A stretch of 63,961 bases of DNA, the filler included, from Octopus bimaculoides (Eukaryota): assembly GCF_001194135.2 (NCBI RefSeq). It is 5 parts of 5 records of this genome, joined end to end, with 100 filler letters (N's around TTAATTAATTAA, not from the genome) between each part and the next. Parts side by side here need not be neighbours in the genome. Positions count along the whole stretch, not along the records: positions 1 to 27,912 come from NC_069000.1; positions 28,013 to 40,903 come from NC_068994.1; 3 more parts are not named here. One strand, 5' to 3'. This document shows positions 13,783 through 28,129 of this stretch, one piece after another. Every line of letters begins with the position of its first letter. Within the stretch, counting starts at the first letter, position 1. A model generated the notes under the pieces. It did no database searches. It worked only from the letters and a program-made list of their open reading frames with translations, and had not been told where the DNA came from. The position numbers were made by a program, and so were the translations under genes.

Positions 13783-13975
13783 GCGGGTAACTGGCAGAAC
13801 CGTTGGCACGTCGCGGATGAAATGCTTAACTGCATTTCGTCTGGGTTTCTTTTATTTATGTTCTGAGTTCAAATTCTGCTGAGGTTGACTTCGCCTTTCA
13901 TCCTTTCGGAGTCGTCGACTTAACACCCGCCTCTGAGATTGCTGGCTTTGTGCCAGGGCTTGCAGCTCTTACTGT
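13783..13975 (+). mobile_element. SINE family B (head-to-head with previous copy)
   Basis: CTGGCAGAACCGTTGGCAC...GAGTTCAAATTCTGC. Confidence 0.8.
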
Positions 13976-14082
13976 TAATTGTACGAAACGCTCACCGTTG
14001 CTTGATCACAAATGGTTCTAAGCGCTCAAAGGAGGGCTTGCGCGTATCATAAAGATCTCATCAATGAGAGAAAAGAACAGGG

Positions 14083-14135
<53 letters not shown>

Positions 14136-14829
14136 GTCTGTCTGTCTGTGTCTGTCTGTCTATCAAATTATCTGTGTGAGTGTTTGTGCGTGCATATATA
14201 TATTCATATATTCCGTCAATGTGTTTATTTTCGTTAAAGACACTGCATTATTTAGGAATTTCTCCTTAGCGAATTTTGATTATTGATGGAGAATGTTAAG
14301 AATATAAGTCGAAGTTTGTCACTTCATGAAGCAGCTATTGAATGAGATGAATCAACTTAAAATTATTTTATATCCACATGCGTTTTCTCAGCACGACTCA
14401 GGCACACTGGTACTCGATAGAACGAGAGAGAGAGAGAGAAAGAGCGAGGGAGGGGGAGGGAGAGAAAGAGGGGATAGAGAGACAGAGAGAGACAGACTGA
14501 ACGCACTCTGAAAGATTTTGGTTTTGTAATCTAACAGTTTAGCATAAAATTTGTTCTGATTAAATATAAACAGGATTAAATAAAACCATTTCATTTTTGA
14601 TTCAGTTACTAAGTAATATTTAAGATTTTAAATAAGTGGATTTTTTTGTAGTAATTGCTTAATCTTCTACACATGTATTACCAACATTACCAGTAGGGAG
14701 GCCGACATGTTCAGATGACTCCCTCCTGAGCTACATGTGTGCATGTGATATACTCATACTTATACTTACTAACACAATTTAAATTGCTAATTGTGGATCT
14801 ATTTTCATAATTAAGTACTCCCTCGGTGG

Positions 14830-15150
14830 AAGTTCTGCTATTCCCATGTTAGGTACCATCGCTTCTATCTGGTCGTACTGTATTGTGCTCTTGAGCAAGA
14901 CAATTTATTTCACGTTGCCCCAGTTCACTCAGCAGTAGAAATTAGTTGCGATGTTACTGATGCGAAGATGTATCGGCCCCTTTGCCTTTCCCTTGGATAA
15001 CATCGGTGTCGTGGAGAGACGAAGCTGGCATGCATGGCCAACTGCTGGTCTTTCATAAACAACCTTGCCCAGATCTGTGCCTCGCATGAGAAATTTCTAG
15101 GTGTAATCCCTTGGTCATTCATGACCGAAGGGGTTCTTTACTCTTTTACC
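14830..15150 (+). mobile_element. SINE family C body
   Basis: Aligns to the reverse complement of 40555-40870 (GGTCATTCATGACC 3' end). Confidence 0.7.
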
Positions 15151-15224
15151 CTACACCTAGAAAAAACAAAAATGAATTGTGTCAGAATTTGAAATTGATA
15201 TCAAAGTAAAAAACAAAGATAGCT

Positions 15225-15410
15225 AGAGCAACTGGCAGAATTGTGAGAATGTCGGTAAAATTGTTTTGCAGTATTTGTTCCGATAGTTCACATTCTAAGT
15301 TCAAATCTCGTTGGAACGATAAAAGGAATCAAGTATTTGAATTAATAGTATCAACTAAATCCCTTCTCTCAAAGTTGCTATGCTAGCCTTGTACCTAAAT
15401 CTGAAACAAT
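15225..15410 (+). mobile_element. Degenerate SINE family B
   Basis: CTGGCAGAATTGTGAG...AAGTTCAAATCTC. Confidence 0.55.
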
Positions 15411-15844
15411 TGTTTAAAAAAGAAATCAATATAATCGAACTCAGCACTGAAAGTATAATTTTCAGACTTACTAATCGATAGCGGCAATTTTTTTTTATTA
15501 TTTGTTGTTATTGCTGCTGTTTACGCGATTTTTTCTTTTCAAGTGTCTAACACAGTTTCTTTAATAATCCCTTAACACATAGCTTTCAAAATATTCCGAC
15601 ATCAACAAGGTGCCACATCATAGAAATATGATCTTCTGAAAGTAACAAACAGGATCACATAGAGGTCAGGCTTCTCTTCATATGAATCTTGAAAACATGG
15701 AACCGCAACGTCACTTCAATCCTACAACGTTGCAAAACAACTCAATAAAATCGCTGATATGTTTCAACGTAATCCTCGATCATAATTGTTTTAACCTACT
15801 TCAGGAAGCAACTGTCATTGCTAGTAATATTCCCAACAAATGTT

Positions 15845-16070
15845 GGCGGCAAACTGGCAGAAACGTTAGCACGCCGGACGAAATGCTTAGCGGTATTTCG
15901 TCTTACGTTCTGAGTTCAAATTCCACTGATGTCGATTTTACCTTTCATCCTTTCGGGGTCGATAAATGAAGTACCAGTTACGCACAGGGGTCGATGTAAT
16001 CGACTTAATCCCTTTGTCTGTCCTTGTTTGTCCTCTCTATGTTTAAATTTTGCAGAAACTTGAACTTCTA
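15845..16070 (+). mobile_element. SINE family B
   Basis: Head and body align to 13510-13748. Confidence 0.85.
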
Positions 16071-16097
16071 TGCTTGGTAGGAAATATGATAACTGCA

Positions 16098-18340
16098 CGG
16101 AGAGAATGGTATGTTTTGGTATTGTTAGACCTTATCAGTCACTAATATTTGCCACTGTGATTTTGCATATGGCCTCCAACACTGAAAATCTGAAAATATA
16201 AGTTTTCGCAAAATTCGGAAATTATGCAGGATGATCTTTGAGTAAAAATAACGTGGAAATAAAATAATAGGTAACAAGTAATGTATAAAACGGCTTATCA
16301 GTCTGTCTCAAGGTCCCAGCCGATGAAATGGAAAAGCTTTGCCCCGGAGAATAGCGAGGGGCATAATATATATGCAGTAAGAGGCGACGTATTGATTGAT
16401 TTTATATAAAACGAGAACCATTACAACCAGCCCTCCAAGAGCAATATATTTACATAAATATACTTTACTCAACATGAATCTCCACCATTAACAAGACTAA
16501 TAAATGTTCGTACTAGGCCAAAATCATTAAACTAAAACGTGTATAGATCTATTAAATGCCTTGCTGCGTAGCCTTGTTTTAATATATCTATTTCGTGACT
16601 AAATTAATTGACAGCGTTGATGGCATATTTGATAAAATATCCAGGTGGTAACACATCAACACTTGCTTAATAAATAGTGAGAGGCGGTTTTATTGGATAT
16701 CACTAAATCTATGGGATATTGTCACCTCAGTGATCTTGCAGTAAGATAAACGGTGGCTAAAAACAAAAAAGCATAAAACAAAAAACAATTGAAAAAATAA
16801 AATACAGACGGCTGGTAAACAAATTAGGTCGTACCGGAAGAGAAAGGCTGTGCAAAAGAGTTCCGAACTAAAACTTATATTGTTAGAAAATATAATTCCT
16901 TCAACGTTTATTCGTGGGTCAGTGGTAAAAAGCTTGCTTCCCAACGACTTTGTTCGGGGTTCAGTCCCACTCTGTGCCGCCTTGGGCAAGTTTCTTCTAC
17001 TATACCCTCGGGCCAACAAAAGCATTGTGAGTAGATTGGGTACCCGGAAACTCAAAAGAAGCCCTCTTGTATGTTTATATGTGTCTTTGTGTCTGGATGT
17101 GTTTGTGTGTCTGTTTATCACTCTCCGTACATGTCCTCAGATGGCAATGTCCTCAGATTGCTACCCAACCACTCTGAAATGTTCGTATTGGAACTTCCGG
17201 CGAGAACGCCAAGCCGTACAACATGTCGTTGTTGTGTCTGTGTTTGCACGCCCACAACTTAACAATCTGTGGTGGTGTGTTTACTTCCCCATAACGTAGC
17301 GGTTCGGCAAAAAAGGCAGATTGAATAAGTACCATGTTTAATAGAGAAATAAGTACAGAGGCCGATACATTCGACTAAAAATTCTTCGAGACTGAAGCAA
17401 ATAAAAGTTGAAATATATATACATATATATTTGTACACACACACACACACACACACACAAAACTGAGATGAAGATATTTACGTCTCGGGGCGGGTATTTG
17501 TCAGATAAGTTTATAAGTCTGGGTTGCCCTGTCTACTCCGACTTATCTATTTCTTTAATCCTCTCCTAGATCTACATTCTTTGGGTGTCGTGCATTATTT
17601 TTTTTAATGGTATTTAAAAAAGTAGCGTCTTGTAATATTTTTCTCCCATTTGATATTTTCAGAGCATCATATTTTCAACACACGCACGCACGCACACGCA
17701 CGCACACACACACGCTCATACGCACACCACCACCACTACCAGACACCACCACACACAGACCCACAAACACATACACACATGCAAATTCACACGAATACTC
17801 GCACGCACACGCACGCGCAATTGCACAGAAACGCAGACAATATTTACATACACGTTTACGCGCGTATGTATATAAATCTGAAATTATATATTAACGTGTT
17901 CGAGAGATAGGTAGGTAGGTCGATAAATAGATGTAAATATTTATTTACATATAATCTTGTGTATGTCCCCGTGTCAGTATGCATCTATATATGCCGATTT
18001 TATTGAAAAATTTGCTCTTTATTATTTCAAGATATTCTAATGTAATTTTGGTAAATTTTGGTTAAAATGAGATGTCAGTGTTATTTTCATTTTGTGTTAG
18101 TTGCTCGGAGAGAATGGCTTTTTTCCATTTTGTTAGACTTTATCTGTCGTTAATATTCGCCTCTGAGATTTTACGTACTTCCTCCAACACTGAAAATGTA
18201 ATCTTTTGCAAAATAAATTTGGAAATTAAGCAGGATGTTTTTCCAGTGAAAATAACTTGGAAATAAAACAATAGGTAACAAGTAATATATAAAAAGGCTT
18301 GTCCCAGCCTCATGGTCTCAACCGATAAAATGAAAAAGGC
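16098..18340 (+). repeat. Diverged ~240-bp direct repeat pair (16098-16340 and 18106-18340)
   Basis: Colinear blocks GGAGAGAATGG, CCTCCAACACTGAAAAT, GGAAATAAAA.AATAGGTAACAAGTAAT. Confidence 0.85.
16913..17407 (+). mobile_element. SINE family A
   Basis: Head GGGGTTCAGTCCCACT and shared 3' body. Confidence 0.85.
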
Positions 18341-18706
18341 TGGTGTGGGAGATGTGCTGGAAAAGATACTCTAATGCACGGGGCTCGTACTTGCAGAAAG
18401 TTATCTCCACCTCGACAGCGGTTAGCGGGGATATGGTCCGGGCACCAAGAAGGCTGTTCAACTGTTCGCCCAGGCTTTGCTGCTCGTCAGGCTGAGAAGG
18501 ATAAACTGTCTGCCTGGTTTTTGGTCGAGCCTGGAGATTGGAGACTTCCGGCGTTCTTTCTCCAACCAAAAGTCAAATTTCCATATCCTTAGAACTCTTT
18601 TTACGTACGCACATCCATCAATACTTCTCCACTTACTGCATTATATANNNNNNNNNNNNNNNNNNNNNNNNNNNNNNNNNNNATATATGCATGTCTAAGT
18701 GTGCGT

Positions 18707-18746
<40 letters not shown>

Positions 18747-19347
18747 GTTTACGTACTCTCTCGTAACAACTATCATACGGCCAAAAAAAAAAAAATTGCC
18801 TCAATCGATGGCAGTAGCTAACTTCAAAGAAATCGCAATGTTTTGGTTTTTATCCTGGAATCTGTCACAATTACAGATTCTGTCAAATCACATTTGGTGA
18901 CCTCTTCTGACATCAGATTACTGTTGGATACCAGTAAGTTTTGCTTTGTAACTCCATATCGCATCAAATCGATTTATGCAGTTGTGTAACGAGATCTGTG
19001 CAAGTCGTTTGGCAACGTAGAAATTTATAGATATGTCTCATGAAAATGGTTTGCAATTTAAACTACTACCCATCCACGTCTGTTTCTAAATGTGGAACAG
19101 TATCGTTTGAGAAGGTTTAATAGTTTTGTAGTTGTTGTTGTTGTTGTTGTTGCTGTTGTGCTTGTTCTTATGGTTCTGCTTAAACTAAAACCACCCTTGA
19201 TCACGATGTCTTACTACCGGAGAACTTCTATTTATAAGTATCCCATAATCTTTCATATATCTAGTTTTTTTTTTTCTCACATAAATTTCCCCTGGGACTA
19301 TATTATTTAATGTGTTCTTTAAAATAATGAGTGATTTGGGAGAGATT

Positions 19348-19690
19348 TGGTTGCTATTTCTCGTAGGTAAAGGTTTTAGTCGATCAGATCTACCCAGTAC
19401 TTATTATTTAAGCCTAGCACTTATTCTATCAGAGTCTTTTGCTGAACTGCCGAGAAGGAAACAGACCAATGCTGGTTGTCAAGCTGTGTTTGTCAATCAG
19501 TGAGGGGGGGGGGGGCAAACACAGACACATCTATATATACATATATATATGTTGGGCTTCTTTCAGCTTCCGTCTACCAAATCCACTCACAAGGCTTTGG
19601 TCGGCCTGAGTCTAAAGCAGAAGACAGGTGCTGAACTCGGAACCATGTGGTTTGGGAGCAAAATTCTTACCACACAGCCACGTCTGCGCC
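19348..19690 (-). mobile_element. SINE family A
   Basis: Reverse complement of head and body. Confidence 0.8.
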
Positions 19691-19702
19691 TATACACATA
19701 CA

Positions 19703-19741
<39 letters not shown>

Positions 19742-20129
19742 ACACACACANNNNNNNNNNCACAGACACACACACACACACATACACACACACACACACA
19801 CACATGTATACGCATAACCGTCAAGTGTGTTATAATCAAAGAATGCTACAAAATGGCGACCCGAAATAGTAAAACCTTTCGTTGATTTCCTAGATAACAC
19901 GTCCTGGATTAACTTAGTTTTCTTTTGAAAGTGAGACTTGATACCCCAACTTATCATGTAGGAGGTTTTATGGCGGTGCATTTCTGTTTTCTCTTTATAT
20001 TCGAGGTAAATAAAATATATTTTATATATCAGTTTTCCCTAAAGGTTTTGTGGCATTTTCTGATGGTTGCTGAGTGACTGTCATATAACTATGTTGTAGA
20101 TATGTATTGCGTTTGTAGATGTGTGGTGG

Positions 20130-21160
20130 AGATGCAAGTGTCGTAGAGACAGATAGACAGGTATGAGATAATGGCGAAATGGGTGAGAAGAAAATAAGGA
20201 GAAAATGTTATATTGAGATGAAGATAGTGGTAAAGATAAAAACAGAGGAAGGAGAGATTTGTGATGATAGATTGGGAGGGGAAAGAAAAGGAGATTAAAA
20301 AAATTGATAGGAGACAGGAGAGAGAGAGGGAGGTGTAGAAATGGTGAAAGAAAGAAAGACATATNNNNNNNNNNNNNNNNNNNNNNNNNNNNNNNNNNNN
20401 NNNNNNNNNNNNNNNNNNNNNNNNNNNNNNNNNNNNNNNNNNNNNNNNNNNNNNNNNNNNNNNNNNNNNNNNNNNNNNNNNNNNNNNNNNNNNNNNNNNN
20501 NNNNNNNNNNNNNNNNNNNNNNNNNNNNNNNNNNNNNNNNNNNNNNNNNNNNNNNNNCGTGAAGCGATATTGTAAGACGAGGAAAAGAGAGGAAGCGTGA
20601 AAGAGAGAGAGGGAGAGAGAGAGATGGAGAGAGATACAGACAGACAGACTGGCTGATAGAAATCAGCGACAGGAAGGAATATAAGTAGTAGATTAGACAG
20701 ACAGAAATAGTGAGCGGGGTAGATTGATGTTAAAGGTAATAAAAACGGAGACGAGAGATGCGGTGACAGACACAGAAAGACAGCTCGTCAGAGAGTCTGA
20801 TGTAGACATAAAAAGAAACAGACGGACAGAGAGAGAGAGAGAGAGGAATAATGACAGGAAGAGAGGGAGATAGATGAATAAGAGGAGAAAACGAGGGAGC
20901 GAGAGAAATTAAATAGAGAAATAGAGAGAGAGAGAAAGATATGTGAACAGAATTACAGACAAACAAACCATAAATGGAAACATTGGCGCGGACAGTCAGA
21001 AACAGAAAGATATATAGACTGACAAAAACAAGACATGTAGACATAAAATCATAAATGGACTGAGTTAGACAGTTAACACACAAATACATTACTCGTTTTC
21101 TCTCTTTCTCTCTTTCTCTTTCCCTCATTCATTCATTCTTTCTTTCTTTCTTTCTCTCTC
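20130..21160. repeat. Purine-rich low-complexity tract with (GA)n/(TC)n arrays
   Basis: Composition read directly. Confidence 0.8.
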
Positions 21161-21763
21161 TCTCACCTTACCTCTAACTCTTGTTCTTTGTCTCTTTCTC
21201 TATTTCACTTGAACAGTAATCTAACAATTTACACTAAAGATAGATTGCTCTTATTCCTATGTGATATATGATATTTCTGTTAAATGACATAATACGATTA
21301 TCAAGCATTTTTTGTTTTTGTTTTTTGTTTTTTGGTTTTTGATGTCTTTGCATCAGTCAGTGAATGACACTCTTTGATTGTTCAGGCCGATACATTTTGA
21401 CATTCAGTTTGGAACCGAAGCGGTCTAGTGGGCAACGTTGCTGCAATTTTGGAACGGCGATCAAGCAGTGTCTTCGTTTAGCTCTGGTTAGGAGTAGCGT
21501 TCAGAAAGAAAAGTAGAAAACGTGGGGAAAGAACTTCATCGAGTACGCTTACGAATTATTCAAGTTCAGAAGAGCAGATGCTATGTTTTGCTTGGTAGAA
21601 GAGGTAGGGAGGAGACACAGCGAATAAATTACCTTAAGTCCGCAACTAGGGCGAGAACTTCCCATGAAGAGTAGCAAGCGTTTAAAAAAAGCAAATTCTG
21701 TTGTGGTGTAGATTCTATGAGTGTTTAGCAGCAACGCTACCCCAGATATTTTATCCATTTTCT

Positions 21764-22608
<845 letters not shown>

Positions 22609-23613
22609 TATGGGTTACATATTCTTGAAGTTATTCGGAATAATATTAATCCTCTCAGACTTGAACCCCTTAGTCTAATTTTACCCTTCACCTGGACTCT
22701 CAAACAAAATATATATATATTTATAGTTGCATGTACAGATCAAGAGTAACGGTTGCAGGAAAACTAATGAACAGAATCGGTTGCATCTTCTTATACTGCG
22801 TTTGTTGTTCATTACTGTTTCACCGGGAATCCAACAGAGATGGCGTTTAGCTTAATCTCGCTGTAGTAGGAATACAGCCTGACAGGGTTAAGTAATTTTA
22901 TACAGATGAGGTCACTAGGACAGAAGAGCAGAAGTTTTGAGTGAGCTGAGTGAGTTTCGTAGTTGAAAGAACATGCAAAACTTTCTTTACTAGGTATGGG
23001 TAGTTATCGTCACTTTTCAATTAATGAAGAATGTTCATGGAAGAATGTTAACATCTTGTATAGGAATGCGTGTGCTTAGCAGCGACAGGAAGTTGGCCAT
23101 TAACGTGTATTGTGTATGTCATCAACGTGGGGGAAGAAAGAGCTTAGGAGAAGGAGAAAAATAAAAAGAACGTTAAAGCATATCAGAGTTGATAGAATAG
23201 GAGTATGGTCGGAAAGAGGACCTATCAACGCAGCTCGTGATTGAGCACACTGACGAGAAACTTATTGAGATCGGTATCTTAGATGCAGGATTTTATATTG
23301 AACACGAATAAAAGTTTTGACGGTGGCTGGAGGTGGTGGGGGAAATTATAGGCAGTCCAATGCACAAAGGTAGGAGTAGATTTTTTTTTTTTTTAATACT
23401 TGTTTTTCAGGAGTTTTAATGATAAGTGGCTTCCATCATCACCAGGATTTTGAGTTAGATCTCCCTGAAGAGAAAGATATATGAAGAAGTTCAATGAACA
23501 GAGTAAGTAGATTTGGAGAGTGCGAGTTGCGGATTTTAGGGGAGCACCAACAGAATCGTTCACACTGTAGAGTTGATTTCATCGGAAATGTTTTGACACT
23601 TTTGGAGCAAATT

Positions 23614-23646
<33 letters not shown>

Positions 23647-24475
23647 NNNNNNNNNNNNNNNNNNNNNNNNNNNNNNNNNNNNNNNNNNNNNNNNNNNNNN
23701 NNNNNNNNNNNNNNNNNNNNNNNNNNNNNNNNNNNNNNNNNNNNNNNNNNNNNNNNNNNNNNNNNNNNNNNNNNNNNNNNNNNNNNNNNNNNNNNNNNNN
23801 NNNNNNNNNNNNNNNNNNNNNNNNNNNNNNNNNNNNNNNNNNNNNNNNNNNNNNNNNNNNNNNNNNNNNNNNNNNNNNNNNNNNNNNNNNNNNNNNNNNN
23901 NNNNNNNNNNNNNNNNNNNNNNNNNNNNNNNNNNNNNNNNNNNNNNNNNNNNNNNNNNNNNNNNNNNNNNNNNNNNNNNNNNNNNNNNNNNNNNNNNNNN
24001 NNNNNNNNNNNNNNNNNNNNNNNNNNNNNNNNNNNNNNNNNNNNNNNNNNNNNNNNNNNNNNNNNNNNNNNNNNNNNNNNNNNNNNNNNNNNNNNNNNNN
24101 NNNNNNNNNNNNNTATATATATATATATATCTTTCTCTCTCTCTCTCTCTCTTTCTTTCTATGTGCAAGCGTGTGCGCGTGTCAACACGGTGTCTAGTAA
24201 AACACAGGATGAGCAGCAGCTGTGTTTGTTATGTTATCTACAGAGTTATCTCACTTGAGAAGTTGAGAGTGGTAGGTTTGAGACGTTAAAACTTGTTAGG
24301 GAAACAAAATATTTAATAGAAATGTAATGATTGGGTTGTGGTGTAGATAAAGAATTTGTATTATGTCAGTAGATTTCTTGAAACTCCTCCTGCAGGAGTG
24401 GTGTTATTTAAACGGCTCCCATTTTGGAATGGTGGATAAATTGCTGCAAGTGTTGGAAACAGTATGTTTCTGGGC

Positions 24476-24574
24476 GGTACAGCGGTGGCACAAAATGTGA
24501 AAGGACTAAGTACAGGGATAGCGCAAACTATGAAACGAATAGGTACAGCGGTAGCACAAAATGTGAAAGGACTA
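24476..24574 (+). repeat. 33-bp minisatellite, 3 units
   Basis: Units 24476-24508, 24509-24541, 24542-24574; units 1 and 3 differ at 1 nt, unit 2 at 8 nt, no indels. Confidence 0.9.
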
Positions 24575-24982
24575 ATTTGAGACTGGGTCAAACTGGGTTT
24601 TAGCTCAGCGAGAGATATACGAGATGATTCCAATCATTCACATAACTGAAAAGTGTTTCCTATAAAGGGCGAGAAATAACGATTGGTTTCTGTGTTTGTA
24701 AAACCACACAGACAAACACAAACATGCACATACATAGAAGCATACTCCCAGGCACACATATACACACGTGCACGTGTTTTGTTCGAGGCTCACAAATTAT
24801 CGATATATATATTACAATACTTCGTGGCATACATCTCGATAATGGTAAACAATAATTCTTACTGTTAATTGTTTACAACAAAATACATACATACATGGAG
24901 ACTAAATATGTGTGTGTGTGAAAAAGAGTGTGTGTCTGTTGATATGTATGTATATATCCAGACACACACACACATATATATC

Positions 24983-25032
<50 letters not shown>

Positions 25033-25179
25033 TGCGGAGACATACAGACATCTGAACATATGCAAATACACATTCTTTCATACATATACATATGAAATCG
25101 TAGAAGAGGATGAAAAGAGGAACAGAAAATATCTCTGAAAAACATCTTTATGAGAAAATTGCATTTTTTTTTATCTCAC

Positions 25180-25282
25180 TGAAATCAGTTGTTAGGGATT
25201 CAGTCGGCGCGTCGTCAACTGCATTTTGAAATTGTTCCAGATGTTGGTGACCAACAAAACAACTGTTTTCCTGAAGCACCAT
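25180..25282 (-). CDS. Candidate first coding exon segment of an unknown minus-strand gene (MVLQENSCFVGHQHLEQFQNAVDDAPTESLTTDF)
   Basis: ATG at 25282, donor CA|GTGAGA at 25179, upstream TTACAG acceptor at 25338; no downstream partner exon found. Confidence 0.2.
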
Positions 25283-26293
25283 TTCACCCTTGAAATCTGA
25301 ATATCCTCTTGAACTGCTGCCAATCTATCGGTGGTGGCTGTAATTTAAAGGTGAATTGCTTTATATTTTAAATATTTGGTTCCTGTTCAAAAGTAACATT
25401 TTCTATGAGTTCAGAGCGAGACAGCCTACTTTCATGCAAGTTTATTAGGGGTGCTAAGACGTCACACATTGCGGACGCTTCGAAGAAATGCTAGATCTTA
25501 TATAGATAATTGTCAAGCGTGTGATAACTGAGAATATTTTGTAATGTGAACGTATTCAGTGAATTAATGAGATATTTGACTTCAGAAAGCATTTGGGTGA
25601 GGTTACATAGTTTTCAATACACAGATTATTTAGTTCAGCCTTTATTTCATTTGCCGCACGCAGACACTGAATAACCAAGAAACCGCCTGGACGATTCATT
25701 GTTAACGGAAGTATGATCTGTTTTCTCATAACGGTGTCCACAAATATGATGGTTTATAAAGAACAGAGTCGGGTAGAACATAGTCGGGAAAGAAAACGAA
25801 GAATATTAATAGATGTGTTATTATATTCACTTATATTGATCTTTATTACACATGGACGACATACGACTTGTTGCTCCCGAAACAGCTGTCAACATAGGAC
25901 TACTACATAACGCCTATACTTTACAGGATTTCTTTGTTCTCCATATATTTTTTCCATTTTGAATTCCATGTAAACATATATTATGCCTACTCGGATCTAT
26001 CAGTCTCTCTACTGCATGCAAACACACACAAACTCGCACGTGTACACGCGCACGCACACACACACACACACACACAAAAACACACACACACAATGTTTGT
26101 ACATATATACTATGGATGTGTGTGTGCGTGTGAATATATATATATACCAACCAAATCCACTCACTCACTGGGACTGAACCCGGAACCATGTGTTCATACG
26201 TTCGGAAAACAAACTTATACAATTAGTCATGCCTGCGCTTGTAAGATACATACACGTATATATATGTATATGTATGTATATATNNNNNNNNNN

Positions 26294-26336
<43 letters not shown>

Positions 26337-26934
26337 CTTGTATTATAAACACATACACACACATATATATATATTTATATATGCGTGCCTGTGTATGTGT
26401 GTGTGTGTGAGAGAGAGAGTGCATGTGTGTGCGTGTGTCTGTGTGTACATCTAGAAACAGCCAGAGAGACAGAGACAGAAAGACAGAGGTAGTTAGAGAG
26501 TACATGAAAGCCGTACATTATGCAAAGTATTCATTGCTTGAGTCAATTTTCGTTCATAGGAATTCTTTCAGTTGTTGGCTGTTGTGAGATATTTTATAGA
26601 CATTCAACTTATTTATTACTTTTTGCGATATTTCGCCTCTATTTCACTAGTAGCATGCTGAAGGACATAATCGAAATATAACACTTAACACCAGCTTCGA
26701 ATACGAACCTGATTTATCTGTATTTGCCGCTTATCTTTGGAATCTTACCAACCCTACTACAACCAAATAAGCTAACTAGATCCAAGATGGAGCAAAAAAA
26801 AAGTACCATAAAAGAGCAGAGCGAATGACAAGCCATACATAACAAATATACAAATATTATATATAAATATGTACGTATATCTCTCTAGCTGCCTACCAAC
26901 CTACCTACATACCTATATATATATATATAGATAG

Positions 26935-26967
<33 letters not shown>

Positions 26968-27026
26968 TAGATAGATCTACATATATCTATATATATATAT
27001 ATACTTGTGTTATAAACACATACACA

Positions 27027-27082
<56 letters not shown>

Positions 27083-28012
27083 CATATACATACACACATA
27101 CATATGTATATATAAAATGATGTATACAAAGATAGATANNNNNNNNNNNNNNNNNNNNNNNNNNNNNNNNNNNNNNNNNNNNNNNNNNNNNNNNNNNNNN
27201 NNNNNNNNNNNNNNNNNNNNNNNNNNNNNNNNNNNNNNNNNNNNNNNNNNNNNNNNNNNNNNNNNNNNNNNNNNNNNNNNNNNNNNNNNNNNNNNNNNNN
27301 NNNNNNNNNNNNNNNNNNNNNNNNNNNNNNNNNNNNNNNNNNNNNNNNNNNNNNNNNNNNNNNNNNNNNNNNNNNNNNNNNNNNNNNNNNNNNNNNNNNN
27401 NNNNNNNNNNNNNNNNNNNNNNNNNNNNNNNNATATATATATATATATATATATATACACATCTGTGTGTGTGTGTGAATGGAAATGCTACCACATATAG
27501 ATATTTTTACAGCATTTTTTTCTTTTATTTATGTCCAAGGAATTCGTAATGGTTATTTGTAAACATTTTCATTTTTATTTTTTACAAACAGTATGTCCAT
27601 ATTGTTGTTACTATTGCTATTATTGTCCTTCTGTTAGTTTGCTTTCTTTTTCATTATTTTTTTTTCTAATTTTTGATCAAGGGTGAGGGCGGAGATGGCG
27701 AAATGATAAAATATATGTTGGCTGTAGTGTATACATCTTACACGTAGTCAGCAACCCCATTAACTTTAGCACATACATTATGTATACGCTTAAAAGAATT
27801 ACAGAATTACAGAATTATATATGAATGTGTATATGATACATACATGCACACATGCATATATATATGTGTGTGTGCATGTGTGAGTATGTATGGGTGTTTA
27901 TATATGTATATANNNNNNNNNNNNNNNNNNNNNNNNNNNNNNNNNNNNNNNNNNNNTTAATTAATTAANNNNNNNNNNNNNNNNNNNNNNNNNNNNNNNN
28001 NNNNNNNNNNNN

Positions 28013-28052
<40 letters not shown>

Positions 28053-28129
28053 TGTGTGTATGTGTGTGTGTGTTCTTGATATTCTTTCAGAGCAAGTTGT
28101 TTTACATCTATTAGACTATTTTTCTTTTG

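Noticed and set aside
25556-25741. 61-aa minus ORF MDTVMRKQIILPLTMNRPGGF
   Set aside because: No recognisable domain and no strong splice sites.
25855-25895. GAAAC-AGCT-GTC palindromic stem III
   Set aside because: No CUGANGA core, stem II or stem I upstream.
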